Of a DNA stretch of 64,000 bases, positions 34,601-47,100 are shown piece by piece. The stretch is from Klebsormidium nitens (Eukaryota > Plantae > Klebsormidiophyceae), in assembly GCA_000708835.1 (NCBI GenBank), contig DF237121.1, positions 62,001 to 126,000 of the forward strand, written 5' to 3'. The notes beneath the pieces were generated by a model that worked only from the letters and a program-made list of their open reading frames with translations, searched no databases and was not told where the DNA came from. Position 1 is the first letter of the stretch; each line of letters begins with the position of its first letter. Made by a program: the position numbers and the translations under genes.

Positions 34601-37600
34601 TTTTACGGGTTCAGGGTGCGCAGCTTTGATGGAAGTCGAGCGAGTAAGAGCGTTCACTCAAGAGATATTTCTGAGACCAAAATATTAGGAGACGTGGGTT
34701 GCTGGTATGTCATTTCCAGTCCGTTTCGGAGCGGGTTCTAAACGCCAACAGTTGCTTACACCTTTCTGTGTTGCTGTTCCACGTTACAAGCTGCCGGCCA
34801 GGTACGTTCTCCACGGCCTTGCTTGCTTGTGCCATCTCATGCAAGATAAAAATGGGCAGTTTGGACGCATTTCTGCTGAGGGCTCTTTACCTGCTTCTAA
34901 GTTTGAGACAGGTTCGCGGAGTATTAACAGACTCTACTGCCACCTTGCCTATCAGGCTACGTTTGGTTGCCTCTCTTTAAGCAGGCCTTTGCTGCACGGC
35001 GGTGGTGACGTATGCTGACTGCTGCTTCAGGAACCCACTTGTGTCTTCAGAAACCAATGTTGGATCCATCATCAATTATCGCTTCCACTTTCAGGTTGGC
35101 ATCGAGATTGCTCCCTGGAAGTACGACCTCGCGTCCGCCCGCCCTCTCCACGCCGCTGACGTCATCAGCATGGTCCCGGTGTACAAGAGCGTCGCGTGCA
35201 CGACCGCCGACGGGCGGCAGCTGCTGGAGCAGTCGAAGCTGGCGCTGGACAAGGGCAAGCTGGACGAGTCGGTGCAGAGCGGCTGCAAGGTAAGTGTCCA
35301 GTTTTTATTTCTTTTTTGTCTATCGTTGCCGCTTTACTTATGTTGGACTCAAGGCCTTCTGTGCAGTTCAAAAGAGTTCCGTAGTCGTTCATGCGCACTT
35401 ACGAAGAGCAAGAGGGAAGTTTCGGTGCAAAGCGGCTGCGGGGTTTGAAAGGAAGATTGCCTGCGTCCTCCCAAGGGGTCCGGTCCTGTCCTCTCTGGTC
35501 AAGGAAGGGCTTATCTGTAAAATGTGGAATGACCCGAACATCTGTCGCACGTTTCGGTTGGAGTAGGCCAAGGCAGCAGGCAAAAGGGTCAAGCTGGACG
35601 CTCTCAAGATTGGCTCTAATTTTTCTGGACGCGACCAAAGGACTGATCCGGGGTATGTGACACGAGATCAGAACCTCAATTTTGAGATCCCAGTGCTCGA
35701 TGCCCTCAGAGGTACTTGACATGTTCCGTGGTTCTGGTTTCGCCGACGTCAGCGAAGTCCCTTTTGCTGACCGGTCGTGCTCCCCGCAGGCTCTCTCGAA
35801 GATCATCGCCGTGTGCGGCCCCTGCCACCGCATGACCGCCGGCGCCTACTCCTTACTGGCCGTTGTGCTTTATCACACCGGGGACTTCAACCAGGCGACC
35901 ATCTACCAGCAAAAGGCCCTGGACATCAACGAACGGGAGCTCGGGTTGGACCATCCGGACACCATGAAGAGCTTTGGGGACCTGGCTGTGTTTTACTACC
36001 GCTTGCAGCACACGGAGCTGGCACTGAAGTAAGTTTTCGTTTGATCAAGAGGCTTTGCTGAAAAGGGCTTGTATTTTGCCAAATGGTGATGGTGGCAGTC
36101 TTGCAATCGGCTCGCTCAAACCTCGACATTCACATCGGCAACTTCGCAATCTAGGGCTTTGTCGGGCAATCCAAACAAATGCTTCTGGCTGAAGTCACAG
36201 AATTTGGCTGAAGTCACAGAACTTCGATCAACAGAGCCCAGAGTTTCCCCACTCTTCTACAATTTTGGCTCTATAAAAGCAACTGTCTCGCTCGCCAAGT
36301 TTGCAAGGCCTCTTTTCACTCTCTTCCAGCTCGTAAGCCACTGCTTGCTTCTCGCCCTAGTTCTCTTACTTCGGAAGGTTGCTCAGCCTTTTAATCTTTT
36401 TGCTCCTCCTCTTGTGGGCGGGCCCCTTCATCGAGCCCTCCGAAACCCTGCCCTTTGCTTTTAAGGCTCCTTTCTGCCCCGGTCGTGTGCTCACGCATCA
36501 ATCAGCTTCGCTGTGCCGCTTCAGGACTCGACGTTGCAATGTTTGTCTCCCCTTAATATTCTGACCCATTTGTACCCCCCCACTGCAGATACGTCCACCG
36601 TACGCTGTAACTGCTCAACCTGATCTGCGGGTCGGAGCACCCCATCTCCGCGGCCACTTACGAGAATCCTACCCCCCCCCGCCCCCCCTGCTTGCTGACC
36701 TTTATGTACCCCCCCACTGCAGATACGTCCACCGGGCGTTGTACCTGCTCAACCTGATCTGCGGGTCGGAGCACCCCAACTCCGCCGCCACGTATATCAA
36801 CGTCGCGATGATGGAGGAAGGCATGGGCAATGTGCCGATCGCGCTGCGCTACCTGCACGAGGCGCTCAAGTGCAATGAGCGGCTGCTGGGGGCGGACCAT
36901 ATCCAGGTCAGCCCGAGTGACTTTGGACTGCAAGGTTTTGATTTGAATATTTGCGAGGGCATTATATTCTGTTTCGCTTCAAATTGCGCGGGAATTCCAG
37001 GTAACATTCCTGGTTGCGCTCTGCTACCTGCACGAGGCGCTCAAATGTAATGAGCGGCTGCTGGGGGCGGACCACATCCAGTTAAGGGGTGTCGCGAATG
37101 CTGTTAGGGAGAACTAACGGACCAGGGAACTTCGCAATGGGTTCCTTCGCTTCATTTGTATCATATGGAGGCATCCTACTTAGCGTCCAGCACGAAAAAA
37201 CGAGTTTCCACATCCTCATCCACAGGGCGCTCACAACCCTACTCATAGCTTCCGCTCTCCCCATGCAGACTGCCGCAGCCTACCACGCCCTCGCGATCGT
37301 CCTATCGCTTATGGAGGCATACTCCCTCAGCGTGCAGCACGAAGAAACGACATTCCGCATCCTAACCGACAAATTAGGCCCCGACGATTTGAAGACGCAA
37401 GACGCGGCCGCGTGGCTCGACTACTTCGACTCGAAGGCGCTGGAGCAACAAGAGGTGGCGAGAACGGGAGGGCGCAAACCGGACGCTACGATCGCCAGCA
37501 AGGGGCACCTCAGGTACGAAGAATGTCATCTCAGGCTTGAAAGTGACCAGATTGTGATCAAGTGTTGAAGTTTCTTTGAGTGTCGGATTGAAAATTTCTT

Positions 37601-40600
37601 GTGCGAGACGGGGTTGAGGATAAGAATTCTGTGTTCCTTGATTCGAAGAATAGCAAAAGCTAGTGGGAAGCGGCACATGCAATGCGGACGTCACTACTGC
37701 CAGCAAGTCGACTTAAGAATGGTCCAAGTCAGCGTGGAGCCACTGTCGATTGTCTTCAAAAAAACTCCAAACATTGTCCGATCGTTTGAACCAATCAATT
37801 CAGGGAAAAGGAAGATACGTGAGACATCCGTTTTTGACAGCTTGGAGAGTTCAGAATTCATCTTTAACAATGAAGAAGTTCGCCGCATCTAGCTCTTTTG
37901 GCCCCTGCAGCGCCCCTGGCCTTTTCGATATTATTAGCAAGGAGGCTTTTGCTTTCCATGCCAACCATGTCTCGTTTTTCTTCCGTCCCCTCTCAAGAAG
38001 GTAAAAATAATCCGGAGAATAGTCAGAATAGTTAAAATATATTCTGAGTCTGATTCTGAGTTTGTGTTCAACTCATTTCTGACTTAGCAGCTGGGCAATC
38101 CGCTCAACTTCATCATTTAAAGAGGGCGCCGGGGGACCGGTCCCCCCTCCAGCGACCAGATAGCGCCGCATGGCGCAGTCTTGGTCGCTGAGGGCAGATT
38201 TCAAGATGGAATGTGCGCCGTGCGTTGAAATTTTCCCTCAGGACTCAGATGCACGTGTGTGCCTTGAAATCTGACGCCCTCTTTAAGATGTTTCTTCTAG
38301 GAAAATAGAGATATACTCACTCCCGTCCTTTATCTGAAAGTTGGGAGAAGTCACGAGTCCTACTCTGACTTTTCTTTCTGCTTCCGCAGCGTGAACGATC
38401 TGCTCAAGTTAACCAACAGCGAAGCCTTCTCTTTCCAGGAAAAAGGCGTCTCAGTCACTTCCGCCCCCGTCTCCATGCAGGAATCAAGAGTCAAAAAGAT
38501 TTGAGTTTGAGTCACAATTTTCTCTCTTTCTCTATGCAGCGTGGACGATCTGCTTAACTTCATCAACAAGGAGGCCGACCAAAAGGAGGGCGCGCACAAG
38601 CGCGCCAAGCGCCCCCCGCAGCCCATCTACCAGCGCTTCCGGGCCGCGGTTAGCCCCAAACCGGCGCCGGTTAGCGAAACCCCGGACTCGTCCTCTTCCG
38701 AGACGGGCAGCGAGACGGAGAGCGAGGAGCCGGTCTCCAGCCAGGAGGGGGTGACGTCAGAGGAGGAGGCTGACGTCGTCAGTGCTGACGTGGCGGCGCC
38801 AGAGCCGCCGGCCGTTGCCGTGCCGGAGGTGGATGACGGGGAGTGGCAGGTGAGTGCCTGGTTATGGCGGTGGTTACATCTGGTGGTTTCTTTATCCCAC
38901 AATGATCTCGAGCGCCTGTGCGAAATCAAATCTGGTGTACTGATCTAATCCTGCTAACCTTCGCTTAAACGTTCCAGGCAAGTGGCTTTTCGCTGCAGCA
39001 TCAACTCCCGTTTCCGGCATGACTTGTGGTACGTCCTTAATCGTCCATCGTTGATTTGCGGAGGTTGCATACACGATTGCGACTGCTTGATGGTTTGCTG
39101 GCATTCCTCCCACATGAAAGAGATTTTTTTCTTTATATTCAGAATTTTTTGGGTCAACAATCCCGGGGGGGTTAGAACATTATAGCTTCTGAATTAAAGT
39201 CGTCAGAATCGAACTTTGTGCTAAATCCGAAGCTGAGGCTACTGCCGGTGGTTTGACCTCAGCTCAGACCTTGATTACGGTATATGCTGAAGTGTTGAGC
39301 TTACGTCACTGTTATTCAACCCTTTGACGATTCGCTTGAAAAGGGCGCCAAACAATAATTACTGGCAGTCTGGTTTGAAGGGAGTTTTGAACTTTCTTTC
39401 GCCCTCGTTGCAGGAGGCCACCCCTCGCTCTAAGGCCCAGAAACTCGCCCACTCATCAAACCCGCCCCCCCAAAACCGGGCATTCAGCCCTCGGGGGAAC
39501 TTCTCTGCAAACCGGGGCGCCTTCTCTGGTGCTCATAACCGGGCAGGCTTTGTGCGGGACGTAAGCAACCGTTACCCCCGCCCTAACCCTCGCGAGAACG
39601 GGTTGCGTTTACCGGGGGTTAGGCCCGGTTACAAACCCGGCCCCAAGAACAGCCACTCCCCTAGAAGCGTGTTGCCTAAGCCGGCGCTCCGGGTTAACAA
39701 ACCGGTAGAATTAACCGAGCAGCCCCGGGCCGGGCCGCAGAGCTCGGGGGATCCCCCCGGGGACGGCCTTCTGACGAGGCCCTCGAGCGAGGGCCCTGTT
39801 AAAGAGGATTCGGTTGCTGCGGCCCCCAGCGAAACCGCCGCAGCAGCTCCAACAGGGCCTCTTGAAACAGAAGAAAATTCGAAGGATGCGGTGTCTCCGG
39901 CCTCGGGGGGTGGGAATAGCCTCAAGCCCGTGAAAAGCTGGTCGTTCAAGGATATAGTCATGGCCAAAGCCCGGAAGACTGCCCCGGGCGTGCCTACTCC
40001 ACTGATTATTCCGGCGGCAGGCAACACCCAGGGCGAGAGCTCCGGAGCGGAAACCAAGGCCCTGTCGACCGTCGAGGCGGCTGACAATCAGGGGTCGGAC
40101 CCGGCCGCTGGGGCCGCAACAGGGCCTCCCGATCCGGAGGCTGTACTGAAAACAGACAAAAACCAGACGAAGATAGACGTAGAAGCACCGCTTGTTGAAA
40201 AGGTCGCCTCTACAGCGGCCGAAGCTGAGGCAGAGGACTCCCCACTGCCGTCGGAACGCTCCGACCGGTCTGTACCTGCGTCCGAACCCTCGGTACCTGC
40301 GTCCGAAACGTGCCACGTGGCGTCCGACCCCTCCCCTTCGGCATCAATGACGACGTCCGAACGGTCCGAGAGTCCTGCGCTGTCCGAGTCCTCCTCGCAG
40401 CGCTCCGTTCCGCTCACGCCGTTCTGCAAGAAATCGGACACGCCCCCCCTTCCCCAGATCACGATCCCTGTGCCCCTCCCGGGCCCTGCTGTCGTCCCAG
40501 TCACTCCCGTGCGCAGGTTCCCGTCCCCTGCCCCCGCGCAACCCGCGTTCCAACAGGGCCCGCCGCAGTTTGCGTACCCCCCCCTCCTGCCCACCCCCCA

Positions 40601-41740
40601 GTTCCGAGTCCAATACCCCCTGCCGAGCAACAATTACCACTACCAAAACGTGAACGGGGTCCACGTGCCGGTGCCAATGCAAACCCCCCCCAGCCCGCAC
40701 TACGGACACCCTGTCTACCCGCCCCCCCCCACCATGTTCCCGCAATACAGCCCCCCCCCGCAGTGGAGCCCCCAGCCGAGCGCGCGGCCGTTCCGGCCGA
40801 ACCCCCTCGCCGTGGAATTCAAACCGTCCGGTTCCCCCCCACTGCAAAACCCCTCCCCGAGCGGAGCAGCGTCGCCTACGCTCAACCCTGCCGCAGCGGA
40901 ATTTGTCCCACGCACGGTTGGGAAGACGGTGACGTCACCGAAAACGGAGGACACGGTTGCGATGACGTCAGCCAAAGTGGAGAGCGTGGGAGGGGATGAA
41001 GTCGACAAGGAGGCAGATGCGGGTGCGAGCCCGGTTGAAAACGAAGAGAAAGTGGAGGATAGCGGGATTACACCGAACGAGGACGAGAAAACCGATGGGG
41101 TCCTGAGCATTGACGACGAAGAAGCGGCCGCAGTTGAGGAAAATGGGCAGGGAGAATTGGACGGGGAGAACGCTGCGCCAATTGAAGAAAAGGAAGCGGC
41201 TCCGGAATCGAGCGAGATTGCGCAACCGGTGAGTCAGACAGCCCCGACTGCTCCTGGTGCATACCTGCGCAAGCTTTATTTGAGCTTTTCGAAGGGCCCA
41301 GGACACGTCCGCAGAAAGGCTTCGCACCTGTTTCCGCAATGCTCAGCCAGACCGCAGGTGCTCAGGGTCGACAAAACACTGCTGATTTTACGGCTTGGAT
41401 CAAGCTAAGTAGTTTTAAACTTTCTGTGCCCATATCACTTCCCGGCCGCTTTTGCTGCTTTTGCTTCCAACGTACACCACACTGCTGATCCGTAACCCTT
41501 CACTCCTCCCCAGTCTGTCGTTACCGCGAGCCACCCGGACGTCGATGACGTCACCGCGGCAGTGCTCTCGGATGCCAAGGCGGCGGCGGAAGCCGCAATC
41601 AAGGCGGCCCTCGCTAAGGGGGGCTCAGGCACTTACGGTAAGCTTTTCCGCTTTCATTACAGCCCCGTGGTCTCCTTTTCCCTTTCTTTTTGCTGGCTCT
41701 GCGCCCAGTGGGTCAGCATTACAGGTGCGATCACGCTTGA
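22663..41740 (+). CDS. REC: CLU (clustered mitochondria) family TPR protein, REDUCED CHLOROPLAST COVERAGE / TSS-like, ~2026 aa, 20 exons
   Basis: Phase-consistent exons: 22663-22732, 24901-24962, 25569-25661, 26101-26173, 26660-27361, 28065-28132, 28800-28931, 29368-29660, 30451-31258, 32237-32416, 33216-33463, 34338-34545, 35095-35289, 35790-36028, 36723-36906, 37269-37513, 38540-38849, 39414-41228, 41514-41637, 41709-41740 (last exon tentative); total 6081 nt. Recognisable REC/TSS motifs: GISTDxxLDVR, [17 protein letters not shown], GFRANTxVVPP, LPVEDExWGG, [122 protein letters not shown]. Confidence 0.95.
31590..38539 (+). repeat. Cluster of intronic tandem exon-junction duplications in the REC gene
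   Basis: Echo acceptors at 31735 and 32056 (true 32236); 32780 and 32995 (true 33215); 33974, 34092 and 34216 (true 34337); 36588 (true 36722); 38389 (true 38539). 3' echo 37016-37081 of 36841-36906; internal echo ~37160-37222 of exon 37269. Confidence 0.9.
38121..38282. mobile_element. ~162-bp non-autonomous TIR element flanked by TTAA (piggyBac-like, or TA-flanked Tc1/mariner-like MITE) in a REC intron
   Basis: TTAA(38117-38120)|AGAGGGCG ... CGCCCTCT|TTAA(38283-38286); internal palindrome ggggaccggtcccc, hairpin cagcgacca...tggtcgctg, and an internal copy of the right TIR at 38190-38205. Confidence 0.6.
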
Positions 41741-44140
41741 TCGCGAAACGCAAAACCATGTAGTACTAGTATTGATGCTTGTCATACGCGGTCAAAACTG
41801 CAAGATTGATTGCAAGGCAAGTTTGTATTCACCCTTACCGGCCTGCCTTTGGTTGCAGTCAGCCTTCGAAACTTTTCATAGCAAAAAGTCGTCGATTTCC
41901 CGCTGTCCATTGACTTTGACTCACCGTCTCTCTACGTCATCCCTAAACTGAATGCGGTGGGAAGCAGATGCTTCGCTTGTAACTGAGTTTGAGATGCCTT
42001 GTTGCAAGCATCATCGCCCTACAACACGTGTATACTTATTCCAACCGTCAAGCCTCTACACAACCGTTCGGGAACTTAAGGCTATTCAAAGCTGACTGTG
42101 CATCCGCGTGGCTATTCCAGGGTCTCTTGGGGGGTTGAAATTGTCTGCGGACGCACCCCCCTTCCAGCCGAGCGCCCTCATGTCCCGTACCAAGAGTTGT
42201 GGCTCCCTGTCACAGGACGGGGAGAGAGACATGGTCTCTGTGAGCGTCCGTTGAGTTTTAGCTAGACTTCGCTAGGAAGTTGAGTTGTGCGCCCTTGAGA
42301 ACGCCTCCGCAATTTTGGGTTGCCTTGCATTGAGCTTAGCCTAGAAGCGCAGATCAAGTCAAGATTGGGGTGTTGCATGCTCACATGTTGCCAGGGCAAT
42401 CGTGGGGGTTATACGGAGTGTACGACTAGTGTATTGCGGCCAAAACTAGATTCATTGACCCGCCTTTTATAGTATAGTTGATATGTTAGCTAGGAGGGTA
42501 AACAGGAATTCTTCGCTTCTAGGTAGCTTACTTTTGACCGTTTTTAAAATGCTCTGGGTTGAGGGTTGTGGACGGGTGCAGACTCAAGAGAGCTAAGTCT
42601 CATTCGTAAATTGAACTTTGATCAGAACACCTGGAACTGCAAGGGGGCTTGATTGAGGACGGTACAAAAAGCTAGTCCGAACAAGACTCAATGAGTCAAG
42701 CGGTCACTTGCTAAGTCTGCAAAGGTCCGGGCAATCCAGTCAATGCATGCCTTCACGCTGTGCAAGGGGGCCCCCGGGGGCAACCCAGACCCTAATCTTT
42801 CTTCCGGGCCATGGAACTCAGTTTGAGTCGCTAGTTGAGTTTCTATCGAACTACTGCCTGACCATTGATCTGGTGGCTTGAGTGCATGACATATTAGCGG
42901 GAAGTTTTGGTGCAGTTGCATGTGTGCATTTGCGACAGGTCCGGTCATACTGACCACCAGACAGGCTAAGTTCGCTACTAAGTTGGCGGCTGCCCATGTG
43001 TAACGTACGGTATATCGTGGAATATAACTCCCCATTTGCGGGCAGAATGATTCAGTGATTCAGTGACAATCAACTCTAGCACGCGTCACAGGCTCTGTTC
43101 GCAAACAGTCTGGGTCGGCCTCTGCGCAACTGGCCGGCGCCACCGAGATTGTGCCAAATTCTTTTGGGGAATGGGGGAGCTATCATATACTTGATTATTT
43201 TGTCGATTGGGTACGTACTGGCCGCAAGCCTAATGATTACCAAGGGCTGCCCATATTAATATCAAATTGAGAGCGGCGGCAGTCAAAGTATATCTGATTG
43301 ATTGATAGTCGGACGGTGAGCTTTGCGGACTCAGGCGGCTCTCCGGTATTGAAATCCAAGGCCAGCCGCGCTGGTAGCTAGTATATCATTCCATCGAAGC
43401 CATTGCATGACACAGGCTGGCTTAAATGGCCAGTGCCAAAAGGCCCGCCGTAGCTGAGATCAGCGCATCCGGCTTTGGAAGCTTATCATACATGCTCGTC
43501 TAGTATGCCGATCTAGCTTTCTGATCAACTAGTGGCCGGGCCACAGCGCGCGGTGATTAATCACATACCAAATCGAAAAATCGCATGTATATGTCGCGAC
43601 AAACAAAAGCAATTTGCTTATACGCTAATTCATGATCCACAATACTCAAAGACAACGCTTCGCTTTGATAAAGACAACAAACCCAGTGTTGAGATATCTA
43701 TTGGCGCATATGTGAACTCTCAATAAAGTTGCGATCACTAGTACGAGCAACGTCTGTTATCTTTGAAGACTTTTGTAAATGCAGTAATTGGCGCAAGACG
43801 AATTCATCAGTTCAATGCGCGAAACACTAGTTTCGATTCTCAGCTAGCTAGTAGAGCCTGTTAATTAACCAATCGCCGCGTGCGCGCGTGAGCCTTCACG
43901 GCGACTAGTAAAGTTTACGACGGTTGGCACGGTGGGCCGGGCCCGGGGTTTCGTGGCAAGCGCAGGCGGCCGCGCGCCGGCCGCGGCCGTCGAGTCCGGC
44001 CGTTGAGCTTGGCCTTGTGTACCTAGCTAGCTTGTTCAGCTGCGTGCAAATACGGTAGTCTTACTGGTGCGCCTAGCCTTTCTCCAAAGCGCCGTCGGAC
44101 GTCCTTCATCCGCCAGGCTGCCAGTCGAGTGCTGTCCGCA

Positions 44141-47100
44141 ATGGAGGCGCCTCTCGAGCCGTCCGCACTGTCATCATATCTGAGTATCCAAAAGGCTCTG
44201 ACGGCGGTCAGAAAGGACGGGAAAGGGAACCAGCTGGGCTGGGTCCCCTTCCGTCCCGAGCAACTGGAGTACTACCCGGAGAAGCCTGCGGACTGGGAGT
44301 CTGCTTGTGAGCAGCAGTGCGAAAAGCTGGGCATCGACTTTGGCGAAATAAAAAGTCACCTGGAGTGGGCGACGGGACTTGCGGGGTCTATTGAGAAGGG
44401 CCAGAAGGCGTTCTGCTACGGCGCGGTGCATCGGTTTCCGGATCATGACGTCAGGCACGCGCAGCTGGTCGTCAACCCGACCGCGGCTGCGCCTGCAAAG
44501 AAAGCGAAGGCAAGGTCTCAAGTTTCGAGGTCGCAAGTCTTCAGATCTCAAGTCTAAAAAATAAGGTCTCAAATCTCAAGTCTCAAATCTCTAGGAGGTC
44601 AGAAGTGCTCGATATGATATTCACCTGCAAGATCTGTGTAGGCCACGCATATCATTGGTCTATTCCTGTCGAAAAGCATGGTCTCTCCAGGCCGTTTTCT
44701 AGTGATCATGATGGCTTTTGCAAGTCGGAAACAAAGTTGAGTTTGTTCACCTTAGAAACTCCAGCATCGGGTTGGCTTTTCAAGTCATTGTCTCTCCCGG
44801 AGTATGCTGCAATGAACACAGTAGAATGGCTGTCCTTGCATTTCACAACGTGTTTTGTTCAGAAATTGTACGCTCCGGAAAGGAAGCTGCAGCAACGACT
44901 GGGACTGGCACAAGTCCTTCCCGTCCTCGAACATTGCAAGCAGAAGCCAGTACTTGATTGCTTCATCATTTGTCTCTCGGAACTTTCCGGTTTTATCATT
45001 TTCACAAGTTCGGTTACGGAGGTTTGATCAGCTCCGGTTGGTAGAAGAGCAGACAATCTAACCAGTCTTGCTTAAGAGTTCTCTCGCCCTGTGTCCCTGT
45101 TGTTGTATCAGATTGGCAAAGGATTTGACCAAGACAATAGCCTTATACTCTTCCAGACCAGACCTAGACTTTCGAAGACCTGTCCCTGCCCCCTCAGTCA
45201 CCTCAGTCACCTCCAGCCATGCCTTCCAGTGGTTCCATTTTTGGACATTCTCTCTCCTTCATGTCGTATTGGAACCAAAGTCGTGGAGCTTTTGTTGTTC
45301 CTGCAGCTCGAGGGCGGTGAGAAAGGGCGTTCTTTCGAGGTTAACTTAACCGACTTTGACGTGGTCGCCCTCCTGCCGCACTGCTCCCCTGCTCCTTTTG
45401 GCGACCTGCTCACAGAGTCGACCAAGCTGGACCCCGACGTCCGGAGAGCGCTCGAAGCGCACTGCGACGTGAAGCTGGACTACAAGTACGAAGGCCGAGA
45501 AGAATATTCCTTTTCTTACCGGCAGAGGGAGACGAAGTATCCCCGGGTAAGGGAGCCGCGCGTCAAGAGCATTAATGCTTTTCACAGGAGTTTTCAGATA
45601 CTAACCGTGGCTGGTTATGGGCTGGTAAAAAGTGGTTGATTGTCCAATGACCAGATTTAGGCGGTAATCAGCCCGGAAACAAGGTTACGGCCTGGTGATT
45701 TGTCCAATAACGGGAAAATCAGGTCTGATAATTAAGCCTGGTTAGCAACCAAGCGATCCTGTGTTGTTTTCACTCCCCAACATTACAAGTAGAGAATGAC
45801 AAGCTCACTGCACATTGCAGTTGATTGCGTACTGTGCCCTTGTCGCTTTGAGAACTTTGTTTCCGGTGCGCAAGGCACCTGATGAATATGGTCTGAAAAA
45901 GCTCAGCGTCAATAGTCGTGCATACAGTGCACGAAGCTTCAAGCAAAGAATTTTGTCTCTTCCCTCTTGTCTCTCTTCTCTTCTCAAGATCGCTCTCTTT
46001 ACACTTTGCCCAGGAGCCCGTCTTCGAGCATCATTTGAAGGCGGCCGTGACTCTCTTCTCAGTTTTACATGTTGCTCTGCAGCCGGTTTTCAAGCATCAT
46101 TTGAAAGGGGCCGCAATCGTCTTCTGAAGCCTCGCTCACTTTAATGTTGCTCTGCAGCCCGTCTTCGAGCATTATTTGAAGGAGGCCGTGAAGGATCACC
46201 TGAGCCATGGGCAGGAGGTCAAGCTGGTGCCCTACAAGCTCAACATCTACGGTCAGTTTGTAGACAATGCACTTCAAAGTTGAAACATTCGTTCCCAGTC
46301 ACAACTTTAAACAAGAAGCAGGAAAGCAAAATACGGACAAGCGACAGCCGAGGCCTGTGCATCCGAGTCGTCTTACACGCGTCTTTCTACCGAAGATTCT
46401 TGACAGAAGAAGCAGTTTGAAAGAAGTTCATCTCTCGACACTTCGAACTCTCGACAGGTTCCAAGAAACAAGGGGTATCGCGTGATTCAACTTTGTGACG
46501 TTAAAAGCTTTCATCCAGCCAGTCTCAGCTTCGCCGATCGGTCGACACAGAACTGTGTACACCTTGGGTTAGTTCTATTCATAACGGTCAAGAAAAATGT
46601 CTTTTGCGGTCACATGTACACCTGTTCAAGCGCGGAACGTAGTACTAGTGCAAAGCCAGAGAGTTTGCTGGTGGAGGAAGAATTGCGCGTCTTGTAGAGG
46701 GCTCAATGAACTTGCGAATTGTTAAAGAAGTCTTCTGCAGCAATCAAGCCCTCCCTTCTGACCGGACCCATTTAACGATTAATCAACACACATCGCTGAT
46801 CAGGGTGGTAGAGCAAGCGCACCGGCTAACCAATCCCCAACCAGGCTTTTTAAACGGTTTGTTTGCCCAAGAGAGGGCGACTTTCTCAAGCCTCAGACCG
46901 ACACGCCCGTCGGGACCAGATTTCATTTAAGCAACACGTATCGATTAAAGTATTAGATCAAGGGCACCTAATCGGAATTCCTAACCAGGGTTCTTTAACC
47001 GATTTTTTTCCCTGTCCAGGAGAGGGCGACTTTTTCAACCTCGCACCGATCAATCAACCAACCCGCATCGGTGAGGGTGGTGAACCAAGGGCAATAACGT

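Noticed and set aside
26745-41110. Long antisense or alternate-frame ORFs overlapping REC exons (e.g. 26745-27299, 39711-40316, 40088-40633, 40310-40999)
   Set aside because: These are shadows of GC-rich coding exons on the opposite strand or another frame; there is no independent evidence for them.
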